A stretch of DNA of 64,000 nucleotides from an uncultured Candidatus Saccharibacteria bacterium (GCA_964372935.1 CAYJRF010000002.1:24330-88329), one strand, 5' to 3'. Shown: positions 1 to 12,475, counted from the first letter of the stretch. Notes: generated by a model not told the origin, from the letters alone. A program made the numbers and translations.

Positions 1-511
1 CTAGGAGTAATTGGTGATACTCGCCTTTGCGTCCGCGGACTATTGGGGCGAGAATACTGACGCGTGAGTTTTCGGGCAGTCGTACAATCGAGTCAACAAT
101 TTGTTCAATTGGCTGCCGAGTGATAACTCGTCCGCATTCCGAGCAATGAGGTACGCCGATCCGCGCGAACAGTAATCGTAGATAGTCGTGGATTTCTGTG
201 ATCGTGCCGACAGTTGACCGGGGATTATGACTGGTCAATTTTTGATCAATCGAAATTGCCGGTGAAAGTCCTTCAATGCTTTCGACATCCGGTTTTTCCA
301 TCTGACCCAAAAACTGACGAGCATAACTGGAGAGACTTTCCATGTATCGTCGTTGGCCTTCGGCGTAAATAGTGTCGAAGGCTAACGACGATTTGCCGCT
401 GCCCGACAGGCCGGTAAAAGCGATGAGTTGATTTCGCGGCAAGTCGAGGTCGATATTTTTTAAGTTATGCTCGCGGGCGCCGCGGATGCTGATATAGTCA
501 TAATTAGCCAT
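1..511 (-). CDS. uvrA: Excinuclease ABC subunit A, N-terminal ~170 aa; gene continues beyond the left edge
   Basis: Reverse-complement translation from ATG at 511-509 gives [26 protein letters not shown]..., the canonical UvrA N-terminus. No stop before the window edge. Confidence 0.85.
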   Translation of the reverse strand, partial: MANYDYISIRGAREHNLKNIDLDLPRNQLIAFTGLSGSGKSSLAFDTIYAEGQRRYMESLSSYARQFLGQMEKPDVESIEGLSPAISIDQKLTSHNPRSTVGTITEIHDYLRLLFARIGVPHCSECGRVITRQPIEQIVDSIVRLPENSRVSILAPIVRGRKGEYHQLLL

Positions 512-588
512 TGAGCCATGACATTATAGCACGGTTTCTGGCGTTGCTTTGGCGAGACGCGATCCAGTCGATATGCTATAGTCTGCCC

Positions 589-1893
589 ATGAGGCATATT
601 TCTCCCAGTAAAGATCCGGGGAATTTTCGCTTTGGTCATCTTGCCGGCGGGGCGCCGATTTATTATCGCCAGTGTGACCAGCAGTTTGGTGGTCCGAAAT
701 TGGCTTTTAGCGCGGTTATTGTCGCCGGTGGCCGAGACGACCCCCCAGACAGGGCCGGGACGGCTCACTTTTTTGAACACATGCCATTTCGCGGGACGCG
801 AGACTATCCGTCGTTGCGCGACTTGACGCACGATGTTGAGGCCAATGGCGGATATATTAACGCCTTTACGAGCGACGAGTCGACGGGATACGAAATTGTT
901 GTCCCGCACAATATGATCCAAGAAGGCATTCATCGAGTGGCCGAAATGCTTCGTCGTCCACTTCTGCGCCAACGGGATATTGGTCTGGAGCGGCGCGTGA
1001 TAATAGAAGAATTAAAAAGTCGCCAAGCCAATGTTTCTTTTTACGCTCGCCAAACAATGTTTCGAGAATTACTTGGCGATCATCCGATTACTTCCGCGGT
1101 CATCGGGACGGAGAGTGCTCTGCGCCGAATTACCCAGGCCGATTTGGGGCGTTTCCACCGTCAATATTACGGCCGAGACAACATCGTCCTCTTTGCTACC
1201 GGATCATTTCACGAAGCTCAATTGCTCGAGTTGTGCGAACGTTATTTTGGTGATCTTCCCTCCACGACGCGTCCGAAACGCGATCTAACGCCACCGATCG
1301 CCCCGCGACAAAACTACCAAAGGACAGTTTCGCCCCAAAGGTATAATCGCTCGGTATACTCTTTGGCGAGAGTTTTGCCGCCGGTTGATCTTCGGGCCAG
1401 AATCATGTTGGAGATGTTTGCCGATATGTTGGCTCGCGGGGCAAACAGTCCCCTTAACGTCGAAATTCGGGAGCGGCGTGGCTTGGCCTATAGCGTGAGC
1501 GCCGGCCTAAGCTGGTGGAAAGATTTGGGAGTGTTGAAGTATTCAGTCGCGACGCAATATCATCAAATGGCTGAGATAGACCGGATAATTTGGGGTGAAA
1601 ATGAAAAAGTTTTCAGCCACGCTGCCCGTTTTGAGGAAGTTAAGCTGATGACCCGCCAAGCGGCCCTTTTTCGCGAATACACTTTAGGCTCGCTGATTGA
1701 TACGGCCATCGATAATTACTTGGCGATGGATCGGATTGTAACCTTGAACGAATTTCTCGAAATCATCGACAGTATCACTCTTCGACAGTTGGCCGATTTT
1801 GTTCGTCCCATTCTTGACCGACGATATTTTTTTAATTTGCGCGTTGACTGTGAAAACCGTCGCCGGGCAAAAGCCCTAACCCAGAATACTTGA
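589..1893 (+). CDS. M16-family (pitrilysin/insulinase-like) zinc peptidase
   Basis: Inverted zinc motif HFFEHMPFRGT near the N-terminus; overall M16 length. ORF opens at TTG 511; ATG 589 is preferred as start. Confidence 0.7.
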   Translation: MRHISPSKDPGNFRFGHLAGGAPIYYRQCDQQFGGPKLAFSAVIVAGGRDDPPDRAGTAHFFEHMPFRGTRDYPSLRDLTHDVEANGGYINAFTSDESTGYEIVVPHNMIQEGIHRVAEMLRRPLLRQRDIGLERRVIIEELKSRQANVSFYARQTMFRELLGDHPITSAVIGTESALRRITQADLGRFHRQYYGRDNIVLFATGSFHEAQLLELCERYFGDLPSTTRPKRDLTPPIAPRQNYQRTVSPQRYNRSVYSLARVLPPVDLRARIMLEMFADMLARGANSPLNVEIRERRGLAYSVSAGLSWWKDLGVLKYSVATQYHQMAEIDRIIWGENEKVFSHAARFEEVKLMTRQAALFREYTLGSLIDTAIDNYLAMDRIVTLNEFLEIIDSITLRQLADFVRPILDRRYFFNLRVDCENRRRAKALTQNT

Positions 1894-3870
1894 CAGACGT
1901 TGACGTTGGAGCTTTTTTAAGACGATTAATTCGTCTCGCAGGAGAGCGGCAAGCTCAAATTGCAAGTCATGCGCCGCCGCTGACATTTCGCGATTTTTTT
2001 GTTTGATCAAGTTTTCGAGTTGACCTTTGGCCATCTCTCGCTCGACGATGTCGAGATTACTTGAAGACGGTTCGGCGATTGTCGAATCAACCAAAGAGGT
2101 GATCGCCCGTTCAATCGTTTTAGGCGTAATACCGTGGGTGGCGTTGTAAGCCACTTGGAGTTGCCGTCGTCGGTCGGTTTCGGCGATTGCCGCTTGAAGC
2201 GAGCGAGTGATAACGTCGGCGTAGAGAACGACTTTGCCGTCAATATTGCGCGCCGCTCGCCCGATAGTTTGAATCAGCGCCTGCTGAGAACGTAAAAATC
2301 CTTCCTTGTCGGCGTCGAGAACGGCGACAAGGGAAACTTCCGGTAGGTCCAAGCCTTCGCGCAGTAAGTTCACGCCGACCAGGACATCGAAAACCCCCTG
2401 GCGCAAATCGCGAATAATTCCGATTCGGTCTAGGGTGTCGATATCGGAATGTAAATAGCGCACTTTAACGCCTTGACCAACAAGATATTCCGTGAGATCT
2501 TCGGCCATTTTTTTTGTTAATGTTGTGACCAAAGTCCGTTCGCCTTTGGCTATCCGCTCCGTGACCTGGCCCATTAGATGATTAATTTGGTTATGTGTCG
2601 GATGGATAAGAAGCTGGGGGTCAACAAGTCCGGTTGGACGGATAATTTGTTCCACGACCTGGTTAGAATGAGTTAGTTCGTAATTTCCGGGCGTGGCGGA
2701 AACAAATATCACCTGACCAATAGCCCGCTCAAATTCCTCAAACATCAGAGGGCGGTTGTCGCTGGCCGACGGCAGGCGAAATCCGTACTCGATTAAGGCG
2801 TTTTTCCGCGCGAAATCGCCGGCGTACATGCCGGTAATTTGCGGCACGGTCACGTGCGATTCGTCGATGAAGCACAAAAAATCACTCGGAAAGTAGTTCA
2901 ACAAAGTCGCCGGCGGCACACCCGGAGCTCGACCGTCAAGATGGCGGGAATAATTTTCGATCCCGGAACAATAGCCAACCTCGCGCAACATTTCCAAATC
3001 ATACTGTGTCCGGCGTTCGAGCCGCTCGGCTTCCAAGAGTTTGCCTTGCTTTTTGAATCGCCGTAACTGTTGGGCCAGCTCTGTTTCGATGGCGTCGAAC
3101 GCTCTCGACCGGTCCGGGGCGTCGAGCATAAAATGTTTCGCCGGAAAAACAACAAGATCGGACAGCTGGTCGCTTTGACCCATGGTCACGGGATCGTGGG
3201 CGGAGATGGCGTCAATTTTATCCCCAAGAAGTTCTATCCGATAGACAATTTCTTGACTCATCGGCATGATTTCGATGACGTCTCCCTTCGCCCGGAAGGT
3301 TCCGCGGGTCAACTGAAGATCATTACGGGCGAACTGCAATTCGGTCAGCCGTCTCAAAATCGGTTCTTTGCCCGGGGAGTCGCCCAATTTTAGGTTGAAA
3401 GTATACCGATCGTATGATTCCGGCTTACCGATGCCGTAAATGCAAGACACCGATGCTACCACAACAACGTCTCGGCGAGTAAGCAAAGACTGGGTCGCGG
3501 CATGTCTTAAGCGATCAATTTCCGCGTTAATCTGGGCCTCTTTTTCGATATAGGTGTCGGTGTTGGGGATATAGGCTTCCGGCTGGTAATAGTCGTAGTA
3601 CGACACAAAATATTCCACCGCGTTGCCGGGGAAAAATTGTCTAAACTCGGAGGCTAATTGCGCCGCGAGCGTTTTATTGTGAGCCATGACGAGTGTTGGG
3701 CGCTGGACGCGGCTGATCACGTGCGCCATGGAAAAAGTTTTCCCCGAAGCGGTGACGCCTAGGAGAGTTTGAGCCTTGAGTCCGGCGTCCAAGCCGGTGG
3801 CCAGCTGTTCAATGGCTTTGGGCTGATCACCGGCCGGAGTGAACGGAGCGACTAAGTCAAATTCTTTCAC
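1876..3870 (-). CDS. uvrB: Excinuclease ABC subunit B
   Basis: 664 aa. MKEFDLVAPFTPAGDQPKAIEQL..., helicase motifs and a UvrB C-terminal UVR coiled-coil. Confidence 0.95.
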   Translation of the reverse strand: MKEFDLVAPFTPAGDQPKAIEQLATGLDAGLKAQTLLGVTASGKTFSMAHVISRVQRPTLVMAHNKTLAAQLASEFRQFFPGNAVEYFVSYYDYYQPEAYIPNTDTYIEKEAQINAEIDRLRHAATQSLLTRRDVVVVASVSCIYGIGKPESYDRYTFNLKLGDSPGKEPILRRLTELQFARNDLQLTRGTFRAKGDVIEIMPMSQEIVYRIELLGDKIDAISAHDPVTMGQSDQLSDLVVFPAKHFMLDAPDRSRAFDAIETELAQQLRRFKKQGKLLEAERLERRTQYDLEMLREVGYCSGIENYSRHLDGRAPGVPPATLLNYFPSDFLCFIDESHVTVPQITGMYAGDFARKNALIEYGFRLPSASDNRPLMFEEFERAIGQVIFVSATPGNYELTHSNQVVEQIIRPTGLVDPQLLIHPTHNQINHLMGQVTERIAKGERTLVTTLTKKMAEDLTEYLVGQGVKVRYLHSDIDTLDRIGIIRDLRQGVFDVLVGVNLLREGLDLPEVSLVAVLDADKEGFLRSQQALIQTIGRAARNIDGKVVLYADVITRSLQAAIAETDRRRQLQVAYNATHGITPKTIERAITSLVDSTIAEPSSSNLDIVEREMAKGQLENLIKQKNREMSAAAHDLQFELAALLRDELIVLKKLQRQRLSSILG

Positions 3871-3953
3871 GAACCAAATAATACCATATCGCCATCGGCG
3901 GTCGCGTTGCTCCCAGTTCTGACGTCGTGATACACTGGCATTGGAGGAGTGGC

Positions 3954-4334
3954 ATGGCTGGTCTTTTTGGGGAATGGTTTTATCTTGAAGCGCCGCGATT
4001 GTACTGGCGGTTTATCGCTCAATTGACGCGAGCATTGTATGAGTATTTTTCCATCTCTCGGCACTTCTTCACCCTGTTTGAACCGTGGAGACATGACGCG
4101 GTGTCTCTAAGTCGTCTGCCGCTCAACATGTGGGGACGGGCGTTGCTCAATAACTTTGTTTCGCGGATGATTGGCTTTATCTTGCGTTCTGGCGTAATCA
4201 TCCTCGGCGCGGTCACAATCGCCGTGGCGGATTTATTGCTGGTTCTGGGTTTAATCGCCTGGCTGGGTCTGCCGGTGATCCTCACGGCCCAGATTATTTA
4301 TGGGCTGATTCTAATCGGGGGAGGCTATGGTTAA
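3954..4334 (+). CDS. Small polytopic membrane protein of unknown function, translationally coupled to the downstream Clp-like gene
   Basis: GGAGGAG Shine-Dalgarno 6 nt before ATG 3954. Three or more hydrophobic helices. Stop overlaps the start of the next ORF by 8 nt. Confidence 0.4.
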   Translation: MAGLFGEWFYLEAPRLYWRFIAQLTRALYEYFSISRHFFTLFEPWRHDAVSLSRLPLNMWGRALLNNFVSRMIGFILRSGVIILGAVTIAVADLLLVLGLIAWLGLPVILTAQIIYGLILIGGGYG

Positions 4335-6759
4335 AGACTGGCGTCGTCTCGCGGCTTGGGAGCTGTGGCTGGCCCGTTGGCGAATGGCGGCATGGTTCAT
4401 GCATGCTTTCTTGGTGCTTTTGTTGATCGGGGCCGTGATTAGCCTGTCGGTTGAGGGACTAAGTCGCGCGGTTTTAGGTCTGTTTTTGATCACGTTACCC
4501 ATCGGCATCGTCATTGATCTAATGCATTTAGCTCTGAAACAGAAACGTCGTCAGATTGAGGAAAATTCCGCTGCCTTAGGTAGTCCGATTACCTACGCCA
4601 CGGTGATGCTGCTTGAACGGAGTCAACGTCGCGAGCGATACCTCTGGTACTATTTGCTTCGAGAAACAAGCGTAACGTTCGTGGTCCGTAGATTGGGAGT
4701 GACGCGGCTGATATTGGAACAGCAATTGCCCAGGCCACCCGAGTACTCGACGTGGTTGGCATCGGCCAGTCAACTCGCCAAGTCGCAAACTGTTCCGATG
4801 GCTCCGAAACATTTGTTTGAAGTTCTTCAGACCGATGTTCGGCTGGCGGCCGTTTGGCAAGGCCTTGGCATCACCGACCGAGAACGCGCCGAAGTCTGGG
4901 CTTGGTTTGACCGTCTCCGCGTCGCCCAGTGGCACGCCGAGCTTGGTTTTGCCGATAAAATCAGTTTGGCCGGCGGCATTGGCCGAGATTGGACGGCCGG
5001 CTACACCCGAACGCTGGAAGAGTACGCCGTCAATCTCTCGTCAGAAATCGGTCATGGCCATCGGGAGGTGCCGGTAGTTGGTCATCTCGATGAACAGCGA
5101 AAGATTATCGAATACCTCTGCCGCGAGCGCGCTCACAATGTCGTCTTGGTTGGCGACGAAGGCATCGGCCGCCATCGGTTGGTTTACAATTTGGCGGGGA
5201 AGTTTGCCAGCGGCGACGTTCCGCTCAATTTAAAATATAAACATGTCTATCTTCTTGACACAGGCAAACTGATCAGCGGCGGCACCTCGCAAGAGGTTGA
5301 GGGGCGCGTTACCAGCGTGTTGCAAGAAGCGGCCACCGTCGGCAACGTTATCCTCGTCATACCGGATTTGGAATTGTTGGTCAGTCAGACCGATGGCGAA
5401 ACCTTGGGGACGGTTGACGCTTCACCAATTCTAACCGAGTTTCTCCAATCTTCAGCGGTTCAAATAGTCGCCATTACGACGCCAGACGCGTATTATCGCT
5501 TCGTGAAACCGAATCCCGCTTTAGAGTCCAATCTTCTGACGATTGAAATCAAAGAAATTGGTCCGAGCGAGGCTCTGGTGGTGATGGAAGACGAAGTTGG
5601 AGGTTACGAAAACCGGTCCGGTCGAATCTTTACCTATCAAGCTCTGGCAAAGATTATCGAGATTGCCGAGCGGCATGTTCACGACAAGCCCTATCCGGAA
5701 AAAGCCATCGAGTTGATGGACGCCGTGGCCGGCAATAGCCTGTCTTCGGGACAAAGACTCATTTTCGGGGCGGATGTGGAACGAATTATCGGCGAAAAGC
5801 TAAAAATCCCGATCGGAACAGTGTCTGCGACCGAACGGGCAACTTTGGAGAATCTTGAGAACATGATTAAAAGTCGCATCGTCGGTCAAGACGAAGCCGT
5901 GCGAGTGGTCGCCAATGCCTTGCGCCGCGCCAGAACCGGCCTTCATTCCGGCAAACGACCGATCGGCAGCTTTTTGTTTTTGGGCCCGACCGGCGTCGGC
6001 AAGACCGAAATGGCCAAAACGATTGCCGCTATTTATTACCAAGACGAGCGGGCATTTATCCGTCTCGACATGTCGGAGTATCAAACAGCCGATTCGATTG
6101 ATAACCTTATCGGTTCGCGAACGACCACGGGCAATCTCACCACCGCCGTGACCGACCAGCCTTTCAGCGTGGTGCTTTTGGACGAAATAGAAAAGGCCGA
6201 TGTGGGTATTCGGAATCTCTTCTTGCAAATTCTTGACGATGGTCGTATTACCGACGGTTTTGGACACAAAGTTGATTTTACTAACTCGATGGTCATCGCC
6301 ACCTCTAACGCCGGCGCCCAGTTCATTCGGGAAGCGGTCGAACATGGCGTCATCGACGCCAAATTCAAACCGCAACTGCTCGATTATTTGCAAACCAGCG
6401 CTATCTTTTCGCCCGAGTGGCTCAATCGTTTCGACAGTGTCGTGGTCTTTCTGCCCCTGTCGTCGCCAGAAATTCGCCAAGTGGCGCGGCTTCAAGTGGC
6501 CGAGCTGGTGGGGCGTCTTAAAACTCACAACATTAATTTAACCATCGCCGATGACGTCTACGACGTCCTGGTGGCTCACGGTTACGATCCCCAATTCGGC
6601 GCTCGGCCGATGCGCCGAGCTATTCAAGACATTGTGGAAACGGCCTTGGCGAAAGATCTTCTTGCCGACACCACTTCGGGAATCAAAAATATCGCTCTCA
6701 CCAAAGCGACTCTCGAGCAATTACTGGCGTCTCCGTCGGCGAGCGGCGGCGGCGGATGA
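4327..6759 (+). CDS. Membrane-anchored ClpC/ClpB-like AAA+ chaperone with N-terminal TM helices, two Clp_N repeats, a degenerate D1 and an intact D2
   Basis: D2 has GPTGVGKTE Walker A, VVLLDEIEKA Walker B and the GARPMRRAIQ sensor. D1 Walker A reads GDEGIGRH (expected GEPGVGKT) and Walker B reads IPDLE. The N-terminal 70 aa are hydrophobic. Confidence 0.8.
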   Translation: MVKDWRRLAAWELWLARWRMAAWFMHAFLVLLLIGAVISLSVEGLSRAVLGLFLITLPIGIVIDLMHLALKQKRRQIEENSAALGSPITYATVMLLERSQRRERYLWYYLLRETSVTFVVRRLGVTRLILEQQLPRPPEYSTWLASASQLAKSQTVPMAPKHLFEVLQTDVRLAAVWQGLGITDRERAEVWAWFDRLRVAQWHAELGFADKISLAGGIGRDWTAGYTRTLEEYAVNLSSEIGHGHREVPVVGHLDEQRKIIEYLCRERAHNVVLVGDEGIGRHRLVYNLAGKFASGDVPLNLKYKHVYLLDTGKLISGGTSQEVEGRVTSVLQEAATVGNVILVIPDLELLVSQTDGETLGTVDASPILTEFLQSSAVQIVAITTPDAYYRFVKPNPALESNLLTIEIKEIGPSEALVVMEDEVGGYENRSGRIFTYQALAKIIEIAERHVHDKPYPEKAIELMDAVAGNSLSSGQRLIFGADVERIIGEKLKIPIGTVSATERATLENLENMIKSRIVGQDEAVRVVANALRRARTGLHSGKRPIGSFLFLGPTGVGKTEMAKTIAAIYYQDERAFIRLDMSEYQTADSIDNLIGSRTTTGNLTTAVTDQPFSVVLLDEIEKADVGIRNLFLQILDDGRITDGFGHKVDFTNSMVIATSNAGAQFIREAVEHGVIDAKFKPQLLDYLQTSAIFSPEWLNRFDSVVVFLPLSSPEIRQVARLQVAELVGRLKTHNINLTIADDVYDVLVAHGYDPQFGARPMRRAIQDIVETALAKDLLADTTSGIKNIALTKATLEQLLASPSASGGGG

Positions 6760-6870
6760 CTGGAGACAGACAATATGATTATCTGCCTCTTGACAACAGG
6801 TGTAAGCCTGTGAAACATTAGGCAAGGTATTAGATTAACCTGAAGCAACCAAGGAAGGAGGTGAAGTTTC

Positions 6871-7077
6871 GTGGCCTATAGCGTAGTTTCTAAAAAGAGC
6901 GGTAAGACATATTATCTCCACTCTAAACTCGTTACTCTTCGCGGCGGACGTCAGCAAACGATCTACTATTTTGCGACCGATGTCCGTCCGGAGTCGTTGA
7001 ACGTGGTGCCAGCCGGTTATGAGGTTATGGAAAACGCCCGTACCGGTTTGCCAATGTTGCGCAAGAGTCAAACATAG
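6871..7077 (+). CDS. Small hypothetical protein (68 aa)
   Basis: Strong SD AAGGAGGTG immediately upstream of a GTG start. No family recognised. Confidence 0.4.
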   Translation: MAYSVVSKKSGKTYYLHSKLVTLRGGRQQTIYYFATDVRPESLNVVPAGYEVMENARTGLPMLRKSQT

Positions 7078-7179
7078 GACAGTAGCCTCGATCCGAGGAC
7101 GGGCGTTGTCTCCGCCGTCCCCAATGGGCCGCGCAAGACTTATGTTTGGCGGTCTTTTTGGGGTATAATAACGACACCA

Positions 7180-8595
7180 ATGTATAAAAAGAGCGATCTC
7201 TTACTCACCGTCCTTCACGTGCCGATGGATGTATTGGCAATTGTGGCGGCGTTTATTATCAGTTATTGGTTGCGAGGCGCCGGAAGCGAAATATATAAAC
7301 TGCCCTTTGACGAGTACTTGGCTATGGTTTACCAGTCGGTGCCGATTTGGGTGGCTATTTTTGTCCTCCAAGGTCTCTACACCCGTCGGTATCAATTCGG
7401 GACTCTCCGAAATATTTCCCGTCTGGCGATCACTGTTTTGGCCGCCTGGGCGTCGTTCATGGTCTTTCTTGTTTTTACCAAATCGGAACAGACACTCGTC
7501 TTTCCTCGTTTGATGCTGATCTACATTCTAATATTGGGCTTTTTGTTCGTGTTCGCTGGCCGAGTAATACTGCGCCTGGGGCAATATGTCGCCCGAACGT
7601 TGGGGGTTGGACGGCGGCGAATGGTGGTGATGGGGAAAAGTAAATCGGCCAAATCGCTTGAGTTGGCGCTTCAAAATACCCGCGACCCGGGGATTCAGTT
7701 TATCAAACGTCTCAATCTCCTTGCTCCTAAGGAACTGTTGCGGCAGATCAAACGTCATCAAGTTGACGAGTTAATTATTGCCGACACCACCATATCGGAG
7801 AATCAAACTTTGGAGTACATTATTTCCGTCCAAAATGTTGGGGTGGTCTGCCACTTGGCGCCCAACATGTTTGAAGTCCAGGCCAGCAATGTCCTCTTCG
7901 ACACTATCGCCGGCACCCCGCTGGTCACTTTTCGGCAAACCCCGCTGGATGGCTGGGGTCGGATCGTCAAGCGGCTGCTGGACATTGGCCTGTCGTTTTT
8001 TGTCTTGATCGTCCTTAGTCCGGTGTTGCTTATAGTCGCCGCGGCTATTAAGCTAACCGACCCCGGGCCGGTTTTTTACCGCCACTCGCGCATCTCACGC
8101 GGGGGAAAAAAATTTCAGGTGTATAAGTTTCGCACCATGCTGGCGCGATACTGCGCCGGCCCGGGTTTTAGCGGACAGAGCGAGCTTGAGATATATCGAG
8201 ATTTGGGTCGTCAGGATCTGGTGGCGGAATTTCTTCGCGATCATAAAGTCAAGGACGATCCGCGCGTCTCCTCTATCGGTAAATTTCTCCGCAAAACCAG
8301 TCTGGACGAACTGCCACAGTTGGTCAACGTCCTTGGGGGCGAGTTAAGTCTTGTTGGGCCTCGGCCGATCGTTGAGGCGGAATTAGCCCGTTACGGTCGG
8401 TGGGCGTCATATCTGTTGTCGATTAAACCCGGGCTGACGGGTTTATGGCAAATTAGCGGCCGAAACGATATTTCGTACGACGAGCGAGTTCGACTCGATT
8501 CTCACTACGTTCAGAATTGGTCTCTCGGCCAGGACTTCATCATCATGATTAAAACCGCGTGGGGTCTGTTTGGCGGACGAGGCCACGGCTATTGA
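7180..8595 (+). CDS. Initiating polyprenyl-phosphate sugar phosphotransferase (WbaP/EpsL-like bacterial sugar transferase)
   Basis: N-terminal TM helices and a C-terminal Bac_transf domain ([42 protein letters not shown]). Confidence 0.8.
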   Translation: MYKKSDLLLTVLHVPMDVLAIVAAFIISYWLRGAGSEIYKLPFDEYLAMVYQSVPIWVAIFVLQGLYTRRYQFGTLRNISRLAITVLAAWASFMVFLVFTKSEQTLVFPRLMLIYILILGFLFVFAGRVILRLGQYVARTLGVGRRRMVVMGKSKSAKSLELALQNTRDPGIQFIKRLNLLAPKELLRQIKRHQVDELIIADTTISENQTLEYIISVQNVGVVCHLAPNMFEVQASNVLFDTIAGTPLVTFRQTPLDGWGRIVKRLLDIGLSFFVLIVLSPVLLIVAAAIKLTDPGPVFYRHSRISRGGKKFQVYKFRTMLARYCAGPGFSGQSELEIYRDLGRQDLVAEFLRDHKVKDDPRVSSIGKFLRKTSLDELPQLVNVLGGELSLVGPRPIVEAELARYGRWASYLLSIKPGLTGLWQISGRNDISYDERVRLDSHYVQNWSLGQDFIIMIKTAWGLFGGRGHGY

Positions 8596-8603
8596 GCCTG
8601 TCT

Positions 8604-9743
8604 ATGCCATCACTCCTCCAAGACTGTAAAATCGCTCTTGTCCACGATAAGCTAACGGTTCGCGGCGGCGCGGAAAATGCTTTGTTAGAGCTCCATCGTC
8701 TATTCCCTAAGGCGCCGATTTATACCCCGTTATACCGTCCGGAGTCGTTTCCGGAATTTCGAGACGCGCGGGTGATTACTTCGTCGCTGAATCGTTTTAG
8801 ATATCTTCGGCGGCATCATCAACTTGCCTTGCCGCTTCTGCCGTACTTTACGGAACAATTAGATGTGTCGGATTACGATATTGTCGTCTCGTCGTCAACC
8901 TCTAACGCCCACGGCGTTCTCACTCGGCCGGAAACTTTCCACGTCTGTTATTGCCACACTCCGATGCGCTGGGGATGGTTGCCAAGTCTCGATCCTCGAG
9001 CGAGCGGATCCCTGTTGCGTCGTCTGTCGGCTCACTATCTTCGTCTGTGGGATTTTGTTGCCTCTCAACGGGTAGATTACTGGATCGCCAACTCGCAGGC
9101 CACGGCGGCGCGAATCGAGAAGTTTTATCGTCGCCAATCAGCCGTCGTCCCGCCGCCAGTAGAGATGGCTTTTCGCGGCCAAGATACCACTGTTGGCGAC
9201 TACTATCTCTCGGTCGGACGGCTGGTGGCGCAAAAACGCGTCGATATTTTGGTTCAAGCCGCCAAAGAGGCGGGGTTAAAGTTAAAAATCGCCGGCGACG
9301 GACCGGAACGCCGTCGGCTGGAGAAACTGGCGCGGGGGACCCAAGGGATCGAATTTCTCGGTTATGTCGACACTGATCAGCGCAACGAACTTTATCGCCA
9401 CTGCCGAGCTTTTTTATTCGCGAGCGAAGAAGATGCCGGGATTGTCCCCATCGAAGCCATGAGCTACGGCAAGCCGGTGATTGCTTATGGTCGCGGCGGC
9501 GCCGCTGAAACGGTGATTAACGGCCAAACGGGAGTTCATTTTTACCCTCAAACCGCGGCCGGCTTGCGAGACGGGGTGAAAAGATTCGAACGACTCAAGT
9601 TTTCCAGCTTGGCGATCGCTCGTCACGCCGCCAAATTTTCCCCGGAAGTATTTCGCGCCAATATGGCAAGGGAAATTACCGGCGCGTGGGACGACTTCCG
9701 CGCTCGTAAAATGTCCGACAACAAAAATAGGGCTAGGGAGTGA
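8604..9743 (+). CDS. Family 4 glycosyltransferase
   Basis: KIALVHDKLTVRGGAEN N-terminal and EDAGIVPIEAMSYGKPVIA C-terminal GT-B motifs. Confidence 0.8.
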   Translation: MPSLLQDCKIALVHDKLTVRGGAENALLELHRLFPKAPIYTPLYRPESFPEFRDARVITSSLNRFRYLRRHHQLALPLLPYFTEQLDVSDYDIVVSSSTSNAHGVLTRPETFHVCYCHTPMRWGWLPSLDPRASGSLLRRLSAHYLRLWDFVASQRVDYWIANSQATAARIEKFYRRQSAVVPPPVEMAFRGQDTTVGDYYLSVGRLVAQKRVDILVQAAKEAGLKLKIAGDGPERRRLEKLARGTQGIEFLGYVDTDQRNELYRHCRAFLFASEEDAGIVPIEAMSYGKPVIAYGRGGAAETVINGQTGVHFYPQTAAGLRDGVKRFERLKFSSLAIARHAAKFSPEVFRANMAREITGAWDDFRARKMSDNKNRARE

Positions 9744-9810
9744 TTGCGGTCCAACGACTGCCTTGTGATAACCTGCCGAATCTGTTACTCTGGAAAAAAT
9801 AAGGAGACTG

Positions 9811-10419
9811 ATGTCCGAACGGAAATATCTTCATAATCTGGTGGAGACGTATTGGCGTTATTGGGTTTTCGCTCTCGCCGTTGGCTTGGTCGTCGGCGCC
9901 GCGGCGGTTTCGAGGCTTCGTCCGACTTATGACGGCGTGACAACTTTTAGTCTGACAAAACCGACTCAAACCCGCCCGGATCAAGGGGCATTTTATACCT
10001 ACGACGGCTATTACATCGAGCAGACGGCGATTTTGGCCCGCAACAACTTAGTCGCCTGGATGAAGTCACCCAGCACAATCAGTCAAGTTTACGAACAAGC
10101 CAAAATTACCCCGCCGAACCTGACGATCAAAAACAGTAGTCAAATTGTGATGAGCAAAGATACCGGCGCCAACAATAGTTTGATCGTGGCATTGCGCTCG
10201 GACAATCCAGACAAAGCCAAGGCTCTGGTTAGCGCTTTGGTCGAGATAGTAAAGCGCCAATATCAACCGTTGGTGGCGGTGGAAGTCACCGCAACCGATC
10301 CGCTGATGCTAACCAACGCTCCGCCCAGAACGGTCACGTTTATTGGCGTGGCCATGGGGGTGGTTTTTGCCGTTTTTTCTATCACTGTCCTGACGCACTA
10401 TTTTCGTTCGGAAATATAA
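9811..10419 (+). CDS. Wzz/chain-length-determinant-like membrane protein
   Basis: N- and C-terminal TM helices flank a periplasmic domain. AAGGAG SD upstream. Sits next to the sugar transferase and glycosyltransferase. Confidence 0.45.
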   Translation: MSERKYLHNLVETYWRYWVFALAVGLVVGAAAVSRLRPTYDGVTTFSLTKPTQTRPDQGAFYTYDGYYIEQTAILARNNLVAWMKSPSTISQVYEQAKITPPNLTIKNSSQIVMSKDTGANNSLIVALRSDNPDKAKALVSALVEIVKRQYQPLVAVEVTATDPLMLTNAPPRTVTFIGVAMGVVFAVFSITVLTHYFRSEI

Positions 10420-10432
10420 GGCAAGCCAATAG

Positions 10433-12460
<2,028 letters not shown>

Positions 12461-12475
12461 TTGACCTTGCCTGCC

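Noticed and set aside
460-972. 170-aa minus-strand ORF overlapping the uvrA start and the M16 peptidase
   Set aside because: It overlaps two well-supported genes in another frame and has no recognisable domain. It is typical of a spurious ORF in GC-moderate DNA.
5800-6528. 242-aa antisense ORF inside the Clp-like gene
   Set aside because: It lies entirely within the conserved D2 AAA+ domain on the opposite strand, with no motifs.
12461-12475. TTG at 12461 as gyrA start immediately after the gyrB stop
   Set aside because: ATG 12476 (MEPAKTD...) is 5 codons downstream and more conventional. The track ORF begins at the first in-frame start by construction.
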